Positions 12,463 through 25,877 of a stretch of 64,000 nt of DNA are shown in pieces (position 1 is the first letter of the stretch; every line of letters begins with the position of its first letter). Below the pieces are notes generated by a model, which worked only from the letters and a program-made list of their open reading frames with translations, ran no database searches and was not told where the DNA came from. This stretch comes from Eledone cirrhosa (taxonomy: Eukaryota): positions 170,128,001 through 170,192,000 of the forward strand of contig OZ024743.1 in assembly GCA_964016885.1 (NCBI GenBank), read 5' to 3'. The position numbers and the translations under genes were made by a program.

Positions 12463-13290
12463 GTGTGTGTATATGTATGTATGTGTATGTATGTGTGTAT
12501 GTATATATGTGTGCGTATGAGTGTGTATATATATATATAAATGTATATAAGGTTGGGCGTATGTATGTTTGCGCGCGTATGTATGTATATATGTGTATGT
12601 TTGAGTAGGCCATGCTTATCCCACCGGATGCATAGCGCGAATTAAGCAGCCGTCATAAGGCTTGTGGCGATATGTATCTACAAGTGGGTGTGACTGGGTC
12701 CATGAGAGTGTGTGTGTATATATACATATATGTATGTGGGGGTGTGTGTGTCTGCGCATGTAGGTGTACGTGTGTGTATGCATAAACCTGTCGGTGTCTG
12801 CATGTGTGTGTATGTGTGTGTATATTAGTATGTGTGGGTGCTTACTCTGAAGTGTGAACAGACGTGTGAGATGCTGAACCCAGCATGACTCCATCAAAAT
12901 GTGTCGGACGGAAAATGGTTGATGACCCGTGTGGCGGTAAATACTAACCAGAACTTGTGATGACGTGGAGTAAAGACAACGAATGGTATGACAAGAGTGG
13001 AAGTAGGATTTTTTTAGGGTGTTTTTTTGATGATAACACCCCAGTGATAAAATTTGCTCCAAACGAAATACTGAAAGAACCTGCAGAAGTAGAATCAGCC
13101 AGATCCACACAAGGACCATGTCTCGAGCTACCTGCCGACGAAACAATTGTAACATGCAATAAATTAAGTCCAGATGCATCACTGATTTTTCGTTTTCTTT
13201 ATACTATCTACACTCTACTCTGCTGAATATCGAGTGCTAATTTTGGCATACCGCCTATGGAAGCACCATAGCTACCATTATACAAAACTA
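11205..13290. repeat. ~2-kb imperfect fold-back of a pLTR-like family (P4) with (CA/TA)-rich interior
   Basis: 11205-11950 pairs with ~12460-13205 and 12100-12170 with 12315-12385. The arm ends carry a decayed copy of the hammerhead at 24211-24300. Confidence 0.82.
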
Positions 13291-13375
13291 TATATATATT
13301 TATATATATATATATTTATATATATATTTATTAATATACAAATATTAATAAAATAGATGTTCTTTTGATCAATTA

Positions 13376-13430
13376 CATTTTATTATACATATTTCGGATA
13401 TACTACAGTACGTCCTCATGAGACAAAATA
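13376..13430 (-). ncRNA. Decayed minimal hammerhead (core CTCATGA), family P5
   Basis: Reverse complement reads TATTTTGT CTCATGA GGACGTAC TGTA GTATATCC GAAA TATGTATA ATAAAATG. Confidence 0.6.
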
Positions 13431-13474
13431 TAATACATGACCACATGTTTAACTCTTTAAAATATATATATATT

Positions 13475-13506
<32 letters not shown>

Positions 13507-13534
13507 TATATATATATATATTTATATATATATA

Positions 13535-14060
13535 AAGGGAAAAAATGCAACAAAATTTCATTTCCCACTCTTAGTACGGCTGTTACTTAAATATAAGTAT
13601 GTATACGTACATACATATTATGTATACAGATGTACAGTAGTATGTATATATATATACATACATGCACACATATATATATGTACGTATGGATTCACCAAAG
13701 ATTTATTATAATGCTCGGTGTGTTTGTAAACAAACATCCCGTATTAAGCCGTAGTGTCTAGCAACCACCGTTGCTCATTTGTTCCACACTGACAAAGGAA
13801 CGCTGTACTAGTTTCAAGCTTGTTAGCTATCGTCAGCAACATATACCTTCCTGCCAGATAGTTGAACGTCCGAAAGTATATACTTTCCTTATGCATATTA
13901 ACGGCTGAGTAGCCCAATTTGCATATCGAGTGGGTTAATCGGCCGGGTGCACCGAAAACGATAAACGGAAAAACATATATATATGTGTGCATGTATGTAT
14001 ATATATATACATACTACTGTACGTCTGTATACATATATGTATGTACATATACATACTTAT
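13535..14060 (-). mobile_element. P2-family hammerhead unit (about 1.2 tandem units)
   Basis: Homologous to 3945-4410 and 51256-51900. Confidence 0.78.
13800..13842 (-). ncRNA. Minimal type I hammerhead ribozyme (P2, CUGACGA core)
   Basis: Reverse complement reads ATGTTG CTGACGA TAGCT AACA AGCTT GAAAC TA GTA CAGCGT. Confidence 0.82.
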
Positions 14061-14310
14061 ATATATATATATATTTATGTTTATATATATTTATATATAT
14101 TTATATATATATATATAGTAATAATAATAAATTTGAAGACTAAAATCCAAAGAGGGCTCAATAAGGATAAATATATATCAAATATATAAGAACCGTAGAG
14201 CAAATATTTATTAAATATATTTATATATATATATATATATATATTTATTAAAATACAAATATATATCAAGTATATAAGGACCGTAGAGCAAATATTTATT
14301 AAATATATTT

Positions 14311-15470
14311 CATCATCATCATCATCATCATCATCGTTTAACGTCCGTGTTCCATGCTTGCATGGGTTTGGACGGAAGTTTTCCCACTTGAGGCAAGAGT
14401 GGTTGTCTTGCTCGCATAGGACTGTCTGGCGGGTTTTCTACAGTTGGATGCCCTTCCTAACACCAACCACGTTTACAGTGTGGGGCTGGGAGGTTTTTAC
14501 CGTGTTGCCTACACGGCCACATTACAGCGTGGACTGGCTGGCAGGTTTTCTACAGCTGGATGCCCTTCCTAACACCAACCACATTTACAGTGTGGGACTG
14601 GGACGTTTTTACCGTGTTGCCTACACGGTCACATTACAGCGTGGACTGTGTGTTTTTTTTTGTCGTGACACCTACACGATCTCATTTGTTTCGGTCTAGA
14701 TTTTGTGGCACCAACATAACTTTACATTGAAAGGAGCGGTGTGGATGGGGTGGGGGTGGTGGGACGGAGGTGTATTTTGTTAGAGATGCCTACTGACTTT
14801 AGTAGGTTTTACTTTGTATTTAGGTAACGCGGGTCTTCTCTATTACTGAGTACCGCCAAAGCTCTCGGTCCAGTGACATTGTCTTGGAGAGGTGTAAGTG
14901 TGTGAGGTCGGAATTTATCAGCTCGTCCCAGGTTTTTCTGGGTCTGCCTACTCCGTGGCTACCGTCTATCTTTATTGCCCTGCACTTTGTTATACAGCTG
15001 TCGTCTTTCATGCACATCACGTGACCATACCAACGTAGCCTTCTCTCGAGTAAACAACATCTGATCCCTCTTATTTCTAATTTTTTCCTTAGTTCATTTA
15101 TGCTTTGCTGTTCGCGTATATTACTATTACACATCCAGCGGAGCATGCAAGCTTCGTTCCTCTCTAGTCTGCGTATATCCTCTGCACACAATGCCCAGGT
15201 CTCACTGCCATGCAACATTGCTGTTCGTATGCAGGCATCATACAACCTGCCTTTCACTTTTAGGGAGAACCCTCTAGCGGCTAATAGTGGTATAAGCTCT
15301 CTGAACTTTTTCCATCCAGTTCTGACTCTAGCTACTGTACTTTCGGAGCACCCTCCCCCACTGCTGATTTTGTCACCCAGGTAACGGAAGCTGTCCACTA
15401 TTTCTATAGAACCCTCTGCGCAGTTGAAAGAGCTAGTATTCTGTGGGCACTTGCTGCTACTGATTGCACC
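14311..15470 (-). mobile_element. 5'-truncated RTE (family A) with an 18-bp target-site duplication
   Basis: RT C-terminus, 3'UTR and (GAT)n tail. ATATTTATTAAATATATT occurs at 14292-14309 and 15471-15488. Confidence 0.92.
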
Positions 15471-15486
15471 ATATTTATTAAATATA

Positions 15487-15535
<49 letters not shown>

Positions 15536-15579
15536 TAAAATACAAATATTAATAAAATAGATGTTCTTCTGATCAATTA

Positions 15580-15634
15580 CATTTTATTATACATATGTCG
15601 GATGTACAACAGTACATCATCATCAGACAAAATA
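15580..15634 (-). ncRNA. Decayed minimal hammerhead (GACA in place of GAAA), family P5
   Basis: Reverse complement reads TATTTTGT CTGATGA TGATGTAC TGTT GTACATCC GACA TATGTATA ATAAAATG. Confidence 0.6.
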
Positions 15635-15691
15635 TAATGATACATGACCATATGTTTAGCTCTTTAATATATATATATATTTATATATATA

Positions 15692-15737
<46 letters not shown>

Positions 15738-15747
15738 TATATATATA

Positions 15748-15786
<39 letters not shown>

Positions 15787-15789
<3 letters not shown>

Positions 15790-15920
15790 AGATCATTGAA
15801 GCTCACGGTGGAGATGACGAAGGACCATGACGAGTGGAGAGATGCTGTGCTGAATAAGACCCGTCCCACCCTTGCAAGCAGGGAAAAGTGGACGTAAAAT
15901 GATGATGATGATGATGATGA
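15787..15920 (+). mobile_element. Very short RTE family B 3' end
   Basis: Encodes [11 protein letters not shown]...LASREKWT* followed by (ATG)n. Matches 36115-36250. Confidence 0.85.
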
Positions 15921-16083
15921 TACATTAGGTATCATTTATGATGTCTACCTGTTATTATTCATTCTTTATATATCATTCATCATCATCATTTCATTTTACG
16001 TCCACTTTTCCCTGCTTGCAATATATATATATATATATATACAATATATTAACAAATGGAAACTATATTTATAAAACCATATT

Positions 16084-16149
16084 TATTTCATTATACATAT
16101 TTCAAGGGCCACCAAGGTAAACTATGGTGCGCTTTCATCAGATAAAATA
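16084..16149 (-). ncRNA. Minimal type I hammerhead ribozyme (P1)
   Basis: Reverse complement of 16295-16360. Confidence 0.78.
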
Positions 16150-16294
16150 TAATATAGGTTAGTTTTATAAATAAATATTGACATACCCTGAAAAAATGCA
16201 ACCATTCTGGTTGGGATCTCCTGGAGATCGCAACCAGAATGGTTGCATTTTTTCAGGGTATGTCAATATTTATTTATAAAACTAACCTATATTA

Positions 16295-16360
16295 TATTTT
16301 ATCTGATGAAAGCGCACCATAGTTTACCTTGGTGGCCCTTGAAATATGTATAATGAAATA
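16295..16360 (+). ncRNA. Minimal type I hammerhead ribozyme (P1)
   Basis: TATTTTAT CTGATGA AAGCGCACCA..TGGTGGCCCTT GAAA TATGTATA ATGAAATA. Confidence 0.78.
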
Positions 16361-17043
16361 AATATGGTTTTATAAATATAGTTTCCATTTGTTAATATAT
16401 TGTATATTTACTCCAATAATTTGTTGAGTGCTTTATATTAGTTATAAAAATATTTTGCTTGTTGTATCCCAACAAATTAAATATAAACTCTACATATATA
16501 GATATATTTATATATATATATATATATATGACCAAATCCAAAGTGATTGCAAAAGACACTTGCTTAAAGCCGGAACTTCTTAACCACCTAACTCTGCCTG
16601 CTATTTCTTTAACTTCCATTTTCTTCTCATTCATATTTGTACTTCTTTTCCTTCTCTTCCTCAGACAGACAGCTCAGTGGATGTGAGGAGGAGGAGAAAG
16701 AGAGGGAGAATGTAGGATAGGATGGTGTTCTTACTAGTGTTATCTTGAGAAAGCAGACCAGTAACTTCTCTGGGTCCAGCACCTTCCCTCCCCTGCCATA
16801 TCTGACCACTTCCCTCCACAACCTCTTCCCTCCCCTATTACTATCCAAATGTCAGCTCACACACACATACACACATATGCATGTACACACACAAATAAAG
16901 ACAACCACATATACAGATATCCACAAACATACACACACACAACTCACCATGTTCCTCATCTGTGCCCCCCTTCTTACCAAATTATTTTTTTAGCTACTAC
17001 TTCATACACATACACACATATATATGTGTGTGTGTGTATGTGT

Positions 17044-17084
<41 letters not shown>

Positions 17085-17509
17085 CACGCATCTACATACT
17101 TACACTTAGACCTATGCATACATGCACACACACATATTGAAGTATATTTAAATCTGTGTAAATATACACAGATTTAAATATATTTACATATAAAAACTTA
17201 ACTTCTATCTTTCTTTATCTGTAACTCATACTCATATACGTGCATATGCACACATGTTGAAGTCTTTTAATTGCACACACACAAAGATATACTTACACAT
17301 TCACACAAGTTGATGTGTGTACGTTTGTGTAGCTAAATATATTCATTCACAATCATATATTCACATACACACACATCCACATGTAAATATATAGAAATGC
17401 ACACACAAATGTATACACACACATGTAAATATACATCCCTACTTTAATATATTGTGATAGGGAGTCACAATCTCACGTACTCATTGCAGTTATATAAAAT
17501 ACACATGTG

Positions 17510-17540
<31 letters not shown>

Positions 17541-18354
17541 TCTAATCACATATGCACACACATTCTTTCTAACTGAATGCACATTTCTGTCACGCACGCA
17601 CACACGCACACACACACACACACACATACACACACAAGTAGCATGACACAGTACAGTTACATACAATGGTACACACGGAAATAGAAATGGTGTAAGAAAA
17701 AAGGAAAGAGAAAAAGAGAGAGTGTGTGTGTGTGATAAATACAAGTAGTAATTTATAAGGAATTGGACAGCAAGTTGTGTTGTGATGGTCAACGATTGAC
17801 ATATTTTTCTAATGGCAATATGTTTAGGAAACGGTCATCAACGATTGGGGTAAGCTTTTCAAATTCTTCATATTTTCATAGATTACATTCCAATTGTATT
17901 TAGAGTTTCTTTGTTTTTTTTTTTCTTTTGGAAAGGAGGGTCAGAGATGAACTCTGCACACATACCATCAGTTGTTGTTTTGCTTTTTAGTTTAAATTTT
18001 TTTCCTCCGCTCATCTGAGATTGAGCAAATTCCAGATCAAAGACATTTCAGCTGTGATCAACCCATCTTTAGGGTCAACTATCTTATCTCATAATAATAG
18101 TAGTCTTTACTTTTCTCAACACAGTGAATAGGGTGGCGTGAATTGATGAGATTTGGCTGCTATTTCTAGCAGGTCAAGTGACCATGTGGAAGTCGGGTCT
18201 CTGGTTTGAGGATACCTACCCTCCCTTCCATCAGTCTCAACTGTTTCACTTGTTTCATCAAGGCCAAAGAGAGAGGTAGGGGTGAAGTAAAGTTGACTGC
18301 ATGTTAGAATTTGAACTCAAGGTGGTAATAACAATAATTTCTAATTTAAGCACA

Positions 18355-18490
18355 AAGGAACTGATATTTTATTTTATCAACCTTGGAAGGATGAAAGGCA
18401 AAGTTGATCTCAGCAGGATTTGAACACAGAATGTAAAGGGCCATACCTCATGGCATTTTGTCCAACACTCTAACAATTTTGCTAATCCAT
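18355..18490 (-). mobile_element. Degenerate tRNA-derived SINE (family S1)
   Basis: Reverse complement of the GTTCAAATCC..AACTTTGCCTTTCATCC..GATAAAATAAA consensus seen at 18807-19005. Confidence 0.65.
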
Positions 18491-18806
18491 AATAAGGATT
18501 TCTTTATTAGTGCCACACATGGCTCACATTAAGAAATAAATCCTACACACCATCTACTTACAGAAAGATATATACTTTTGGGTCTCAAATAATGCCCCTG
18601 CTTCCTATTGATTTTTCAGATCTTCCACTTATTTAATTTTACTATCTTTGCCGAAATTTTATCTCATGTGGTAGCATTGTGATAATTAATTTTCTTTAGA
18701 CATTAAAAACATTTACATGACAAAAAAAAAAACATTACAAGAAATCTCATTTGTTATAAAATAAATAGGATGGGTTGGGGGTTTCAATATATAAACTAAA
18801 CTCGAG

Positions 18807-19005
18807 GGCGGTGGATTGGCAGTATCGGTAGAGAGTTGGACGCCATGCTTTGCAGCAAAGAGTTACGGCCCTTTATGATCTGAGTTCAAATCCCGCCAAG
18901 GTTAACTTTGCCTTTCATCCTCACGGGGTCGATAAAATAAAGTACCAGTCACGCACTGGGGTCGATTTAATCGACTTTCCCCTCCCCCAAAATCACTGGC
19001 TTTGT
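18807..19005 (+). mobile_element. tRNA-derived SINE (family S1)
   Basis: A-box-like TGGCAGTATCGG and B-box GAGTTCAAATCC. The body is repeated at 19945-20115 (-), 22603-22790 and 22930-23060. Confidence 0.8.
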
Positions 19006-19944
19006 AAGAAACCAATATATAAACTAAACTCAACTAATTTTGGTTTTTAGAAAAATCAAGGGAGATAACCTAGAAAAATTATCGATTTTTCACCATCCCC
19101 ACTAATCCCCCCTCGCCTCTGTTATTTGGGATCTGAAGATACACAAAGACTCCTCAATAAGAAATATCACACTATTATATTATACATACATACCACCTAA
19201 TATAGCCATATACACAGCACATATACATACATGACACCTAATAACACGACACAATATACACAACACATACATACATGGATGGATGGATGGGCCCTGTAAC
19301 TCATGAGGGGGTGCCATATTGACATACAGTATTTCTTGGACATTTTTAAAAACCTAGCAAAGTCCATCCCTCTCCAGGTCTAAATACAGCAGATTTCTTC
19401 CAGAAAAGGACAAAGAGAGTGAGAGAATGGAAGTGAGAAAAAGATATCGAGGAAAAATTGACCCCAGTGCTTGACTGGGTTGGGGTGGGGGATGGTGGGA
19501 ACTGAAAAATTAATAAGCTGGGTGGGGGCCGATTATTCGAGACCTGAGAGTAGTAGAAACTCACATGAAACTGTTGATAATAATTTCTTTCTTAACCACA
19601 AAAGGAGTTATATCAAGAAAAACATTAAGAACAGAATAAGACATAACATTGTGTGTGTGTTGCTGTGTAGGTTTTACAGGTAAACAGGTTTAATAATACA
19701 GGGAGGTAACAATAAAATATTAACATGGTATTTTTTAAAAAGAGGAGACATCGGAGGAGGAGAGTAACAATAAAATTTGAAACAATAATTAGTCCTCCAT
19801 AGGGAGTAGACGTCCAGGAGCTACATGTCGAAAAATATCACTGTTACTCTGACCGCTAGGGCAAGTGCCCCCATTCAGTTCTTCAGCTCCAATTTACAAG
19901 TGTATACACATTCACTCGGACCATAATAATAATTGTTTCTACTT

Positions 19945-20115
19945 TAGGCACAAGGCCAGCAATTATCCAGTGCATTACTGGTACTTTATTTTATCGACCC
20001 CGTAAGGATGAAAGGCAAAGTCAACCTCGGCGGTATTTGAACTCAGATCGTAAAGGGACGTAACTATGCTGGAAAGCATGGCGTCCGACCCTCCACCGAT
20101 AATGCCAATCCCGGA
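19945..20115 (-). mobile_element. SINE family S1
   Basis: Reverse-complement match to 18807-18960. Confidence 0.75.
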
Positions 20116-20759
20116 CCATAATAATAATGAATAATAATAGAAACTCCAAGATTTCTTTAAGCGGTTTTACAAAAATCAGCCTTGCTAGGCACTGCACACA
20201 CTTTAAGGAAAGTATTATCTTTCTGATGTCTTTATTGTGACTTGACTGATGACCAAATACTTCCATCTACACTGCTTGACAAAGATATAATAATAATAAT
20301 CACTAGGAATGATAAAACATACAGACAGATATGAAAACAAAACCCCAGGACTTACAAATATATACCCAAACACTTCTTAACAACTCAGCCACTATGTTTA
20401 TATGTACAAACTAAACATCTTAGCCACTGTATTTTTTACTCACACTACTGAACACACCAGTCAATTTATATATATACTCATATTTAGAGCAGGTTAGATG
20501 TCGGAAAATATGGATGATGTTTTAGGTAGAGGATGTCTTAGTTCTAATATAGACATTTAGTTCATGATTGGATTTGTTTTTACGAATGTATTTTTTTCAT
20601 TTGTAATTCAATGATCTTATCCACTAGATGTTTTGTTTATTGTTGGCTTTGTTTTCTAAGTGTATTATTTTTGTATTGGGATGAGTTCTAACTATGGTAT
20701 AGACCCTACCATGAAAGGTAGACCACACTGAGTGTGTGAGTGTATATATATATATATAT

Positions 20760-22508
20760 ATCATCATCATCATCATCATCATCAGGTTTAGCGTCCGTGT
20801 TCCACGCTTGCATGGGTTTGGACGGGGGTTTTCCCAATTGAGGCAAGAGTGGTTGTCTTGCTCGCAGAGGACTGTCTGGCGGGTTTTCTACAGTTGGATG
20901 CCCTTCCTAACACCAACCACATTTACAGTGTGGGGCTGGGAGGTTTTTACCGTGTTGCCTACACGGCCACATTACAGCGTGGACTGTCTGGCGGGTTTTC
21001 TACAGCTGGATGCCCTTCCTAACACCAACCACATTTACAGTGTGGGGCTGGGAGGTTTTTACCGTGTTGCCTACACGGCCACATTTACAGCGTGGACTGT
21101 GTGTTTTTTGTCGTGACACCTACACGATCTCATTTGTTTCGGCCTGGATGTTGTGGGACCAACATAACTTTACATTGAAAGGGGCGGTGTGGGTGGGGTG
21201 GAGGTGGTGGGACGGGGGTGTGTTTTGATAGAGATGCCTACTGACTGTAGTAGGTTTTTACTTTGTATTTAGGTAAGGCGGGTCTTCTCTATTACTGAGT
21301 ACCGCCAAAGGTCTCGGTCCAGTGACATTGTCTTGGAGAGGTGTAAGCGTGTGAGGTCGGAATTTATCAGCTCGTCCCGTGTTTTTCTGGGTCTGCCTAC
21401 TCCGTGGCTACCGTCTATCTTTATTGCCCTGCACTTTGTTATACAGCTGTCGTCTTTCATGCGCATCACGTGACCGTACCAACGTAACCTTCTCTCGAGT
21501 AAACAACATCTGATCCCTCTTATTTCTAATTTTTTCCTTAGTTCGTTTATGCTTTGCCGTTCACGTATATTACTATTGCACATCCAGCGGAGCATGCAAG
21601 CTTCGTTCCTCTCTAGTCTGCGTATATCCTCTGCACACAATGCCCAGGTCTCACTGCCATGCAGCATTGCTGTTCGTATGCAGGCATCGTATAACCTGCC
21701 TTTCATTTTTAGGGAGAACCCTCTAGCGGCTAATAGTGGTATAAGCTCTCTGAACTTTTTCCATCCAGTTCTGACTCTAGCTACTGTACTTTCAGAGCAC
21801 CCTCCCCCACTGCTGATTTTGTCACCCAGATAACGGAAGCTGTCCACTATTTCTATAGAACCCTCTGCGCAGTTGAAGGAGCTAGTATTTTGTGGGCACT
21901 TGCTGCTACTTATTGCACCAGAGCACCGGCCACATGTAAAATCTATGTTCTTAGTTAGCTTACCTATGATCCCACTACATCTTTTATGCACCCATACTTT
22001 GCATTTGGGACATAAAATGGAGTTTCTACCTACGCCTTTCCTACACACTGAGCATGGCCATTTCCCCGATGGGACCGCCGCCTTATTTTCTTTCCTACAA
22101 ACTAGAACTTTAGTCTTAGCCAGGTTAATTTTAAGGCCTTTTGATTCTAGGCCGTGCTTCCACGTTTGGAATTTCTTCTCTAGTTCGGTCATTGATTCAG
22201 CTATGAGCGTTAGATCATCTGCGTATAGGAGTTCCCATGGGCAGCCGGTCTTGAACTCCTCTGTTATAGCCTGAAGGGCAATAATAAATAGTAGGAGGCT
22301 AAGAACAGAGCCCTGATGGACACCAACTTTTACGCTAAACTCTTCACTATATTCGTTGTTAATTCTAACCTTACTGACTGTTTCTTTATACATGGCTTGT
22401 ATAGCTCTCACAAGCCATTCGTCAACACCTAGTTTTCTAAGAGACCACCAGATAATGGAACGGGGGACTCTGTCGAAGGCTTTCTCCAAGTCGACGAAAG
22501 CTAAGTAT

Positions 22509-22516
<8 letters not shown>
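20760..22516 (-). mobile_element. 5'-truncated RTE (family A) with an open RT C-terminal half
   Basis: ORF 21269-22585 is RT-like from [15 protein letters not shown] onwards (YADD, PHD-like finger). The 3'UTR has a 112-bp duplication and a (GAT)n tail. The 5' end lies in (TA)n. Confidence 0.94.
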
Positions 22517-22589
<73 letters not shown>

Positions 22590-22602
22590 AGACAGACAGA
22601 CA

Positions 22603-22790
22603 GTGTGGTGGATTGGCAGTATCGGTAGAGGGTCAGACGCCATGTTTTCTAGCATAGTTATGTCTCTTTATGATCTGAGTTCAAATCCCGCCGAGGTTAA
22701 CTTTACCTTTCATCCTTACTAGGTCGATAAAATAAAGTACCAGTAATGTACTGGGTAATTGCTGGCCTTGTGCCAAAAAGTAGAAACAAT
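22603..22790 (+). mobile_element. SINE family S1
   Basis: Matches 18807-19005. Confidence 0.78.
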
Positions 22791-22929
22791 TATTTTTGTA
22801 TTGGGATATTCATTGATTGTTTTGTATTTGTTCTGGGTGTGATTGCATTCGGATTTGTATGTTTGATGGACCTAATTGCTTGTTTGCATATATATATATG
22901 TATATAGTATATATATGTGTATGACAGAG

Positions 22930-23062
22930 TCATTAGAACATTGGATAGAATGCTTTGTGGTATTTCTTTCTCATCTCCGAGTTCAAATCCCACCAAGGTC
23001 AACTTTGCTTTTCATCCATTTGAGGTTGATTAAAAAAAAGTATCAGTTGAATACTGGAGTCA
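22930..23062 (+). mobile_element. Degenerate SINE family S1
   Basis: GAGTTCAAATCCCACCAAGGTCAACTTTGCTTTTCATCC. Confidence 0.65.
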
Positions 23063-23430
23063 ATTCTTCCTCTATATCTCTTTCTCAATTCCATTCTCTC
23101 ACTCTCTATCCTTCTCTGGAAGAAATCTGCTGTAATCAGACCTGAAGAAGATTGCAGACTGCCAGGTTTTAAAATGTCCTAGTAGCATCATATGTCAATA
23201 CGATGCCCTATGATTCCCTCAGGTATTACGGGACTTTGCATGCATGTGTATGTATATATAGGGTAGTTATTGATGGTGAGTAGACTGGTTGAAGTAATAA
23301 CTGTCTTATTTCTGTGTGTGTGTGTGTGTGTCTGTCTGTATGTATATATATACCCCCCACTCTCCTGAGCGTGAATTTAATAAACATTTATTGTACTGCC
23401 TCTCTGTTCTGTCCCTGTTCAATTTTTCAT

Positions 23431-23468
<38 letters not shown>

Positions 23469-24127
23469 CTCAATGTGGTCTACCTTTCGTGGTAGGGTCT
23501 ATACCATAGTTAGAACTCAATGTGATCCATTAGCATGTAGTTTTGGGAGATCCACTGATTGCTTCTGTATTTTTCTGAGGCAATTTTTTCAGATACAGTG
23601 TCTGATATATAACATGTTATATTATTTAACAATGATAACAAAGACAAGTTATTTTACATATTTCATTCATCGTTTTATGATCGTTTTGGAGTGTTGATCA
23701 TATTGATATATTGACTGATGTATAACAGTTAGACCACTGTAATATATGGATTCAATTATACTGTCTTCTTCAGAAACAAATTTGTGTTCTGTTATTATTT
23801 GATTGGGGTGCTTGGTTGTGTTTGCATATTTTGGTCCTATTTCTTTTTATGAATGTATTTTTTACGTTTGAAGTATCACATCAAAGCTGAGGCTGCAATA
23901 GGACAACACCTGTGGGATTATTTGAAGTAGTGCCTAAGGACTCAATGATGCAAGAAAGGAAGTAATTCCTCCATCAGAGGGAACAGATTGAGTTATACAA
24001 GGGAAACACGATGAATGATTATTCATATATTGTAATATATAGATCTGGTGTATACAGCCATAGTATGTGACAACAACAACAGCAACAACGAATACCAAAA
24101 GGTAAAATAATTCTTCACCTGGAGTTT

Positions 24128-24182
<55 letters not shown>

Positions 24183-24210
24183 AGGAAGGATCTGCTCCGA
24201 AATCAATAGA

Positions 24211-24300
24211 CGTGTCTGAGGAACCTGCGAGTACAGAGTCAGGTCGATCCACACACAGATCGCATCTCAAGATGTTCGCCGGGGAAACAATTGTAATACG
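24211..24300 (+). ncRNA. Type I hammerhead ribozyme with extended stem II (P4)
   Basis: CGTGT CTGAGGA ACCTGCGAG..~45 nt..TTCGCCGGG GAAAC AATT GTA ATACG. Confidence 0.72.
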
Positions 24301-24656
24301 CAATAAATTGAGTTCAGATGCATCACTGATTTTTCGTTTTCTATTCTATCATACTCTGCTCCGTAGGAGCATAGAGTGCTCAACCGGCATACTGCCTATG
24401 GAAGCATCTTAGCTACCATTAGACACACACACACATATATATATATATATGTGAAGGGCAGGTAGGTTGGCTTCTAGAAAGAGCAGTTAGTTACCGTCTA
24501 AGGTTTACTCGACTGAACGGGAATATAGAATAAATTCATAGGGATATATATGTTTATATTGAGACATAGTCACAGATACATATATGAATGTGGCTACCTT
24601 TCACGGTGTGGCTCAATGGAAAAATTAATTAAGCAAATAATTATTAATCTTATATA

Positions 24657-24696
<40 letters not shown>

Positions 24697-24700
<4 letters not shown>

Positions 24701-25316
24701 TATGTACACGTACATACATATATAAGTATACAGACGTACAGTAGTATGTATATATATACATACATGCACACATATATATATGTACGTATGGATTCACCGA
24801 ACATTTATTATAATGCTCGGTGTGTTTGTAAACAAACATCCCGTATTAAGCCGTAGTGTCCAGCAACCATCGTTGCTGGTTTGTTCAACACTGACAAAGG
24901 AACGCTGTACTAGTTTCAAGCTTATTAGCTATCATCAGCAACGTATACCTTCCTGCCAGATTGTTGAACGTATATGCATATTAACGGCTGAGTAGCCCAA
25001 TTTGCATATTGACGATAGCTAATAAGCTTGAAACTAGTACAGCGTTCCTTTGTCAGTGTTGAACAAACGAGCAACGATGGTTGCTGGAGACTATGGCTTA
25101 ATACGGGATGTTTGTTTACAAACACACCGAGCATTATAATAAATGTTCGGTGAATCCATACGTACATATATATATATGTGTGCATGTATGTATATATATA
25201 TATATACATACTACTGTATGTCTGTATACATATATGTATGTACGTGTACATACTTATATTTAAGTATAAGCCGTACTAAGAGTGGGAAATGAAATTTCGT
25301 TTCATTTTTTCCGTTT
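24697..25316. mobile_element. Fold-back pair of P2 units
   Basis: 24697-24936 is the reverse complement of ~25010-25258. Confidence 0.82.
24902..24944 (-). ncRNA. Minimal type I hammerhead ribozyme (P2)
   Basis: Reverse complement reads ACGTTG CTGATGA TAGCT AATA AGCTT GAAAC TA GTA CAGCGT. Confidence 0.85.
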
Positions 25317-25466
25317 ATATATATATATATATACATATATATATTTACATATATATGTATTTACATTATATATATATATAGTAATAATAATAAATTTGAA
25401 GACTAAAATCCCTAGAGGGCTCGATAAGGATAAATATATATCAGATATATAAGAACCGTAGAGCAA

Positions 25467-25604
25467 ATATTTATTAAAATAACAGATTAAATTTTAAGCA
25501 AAGAATCGCTGCTTTTACCCTTAACGGGATCTTCAGAAGATCCCATTAAGGGTGAAAGCAGCGATTCTTTGCTTAAAATTTAATCTGTTATTTTAATAAA
25601 TATA
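25467..25604. repeat. ~140-bp hairpin with apex at GATCTTC-A-GAAGATC
   Basis: The arms are near-perfect reverse complements. Confidence 0.85.
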
Positions 25605-25609
25605 TATAT

Positions 25610-25877
25610 AAATTGAAAAAGTAGAGAATAACATGGTCAACAGTACAAAAAAGCGATTTATTTGCAGTCTAACAATTGTTTCACTGATAGAGTTGTCTAA
25701 AAATTGCTGAACACTAAAAACAGTGCCACGCAATTTTAAATACGATGTTAACTCTACTAGATCATCGGAAACAGTTCAGCAATTTTTAGACAACTCTATC
25801 AGTGAAACAATTGTTAGACTGCAAATAAATCGCCTTTTTTGTACTGTTGACCATGTTATTCTCTACTTTTTCAATTT
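25610..25877. repeat. Fold-back unit with a decayed long-stem-II hammerhead on the minus strand
   Basis: Arms at 25610-25712 and 25774-25877. The minus strand reads GTTT CCGATGA..TAGAGTT..AACTCTA..GAAAC AATT GTT AGAC. Confidence 0.7.

Larger units (their letters stand above)
16040..16492. mobile_element. P1 fold-back pLTR-like unit (hairpin 16040-16404 plus unpaired tail)
   Basis: Near-perfect inverted arms centred on GATCTC ctg GAGATC at ~16222. Confidence 0.85.
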
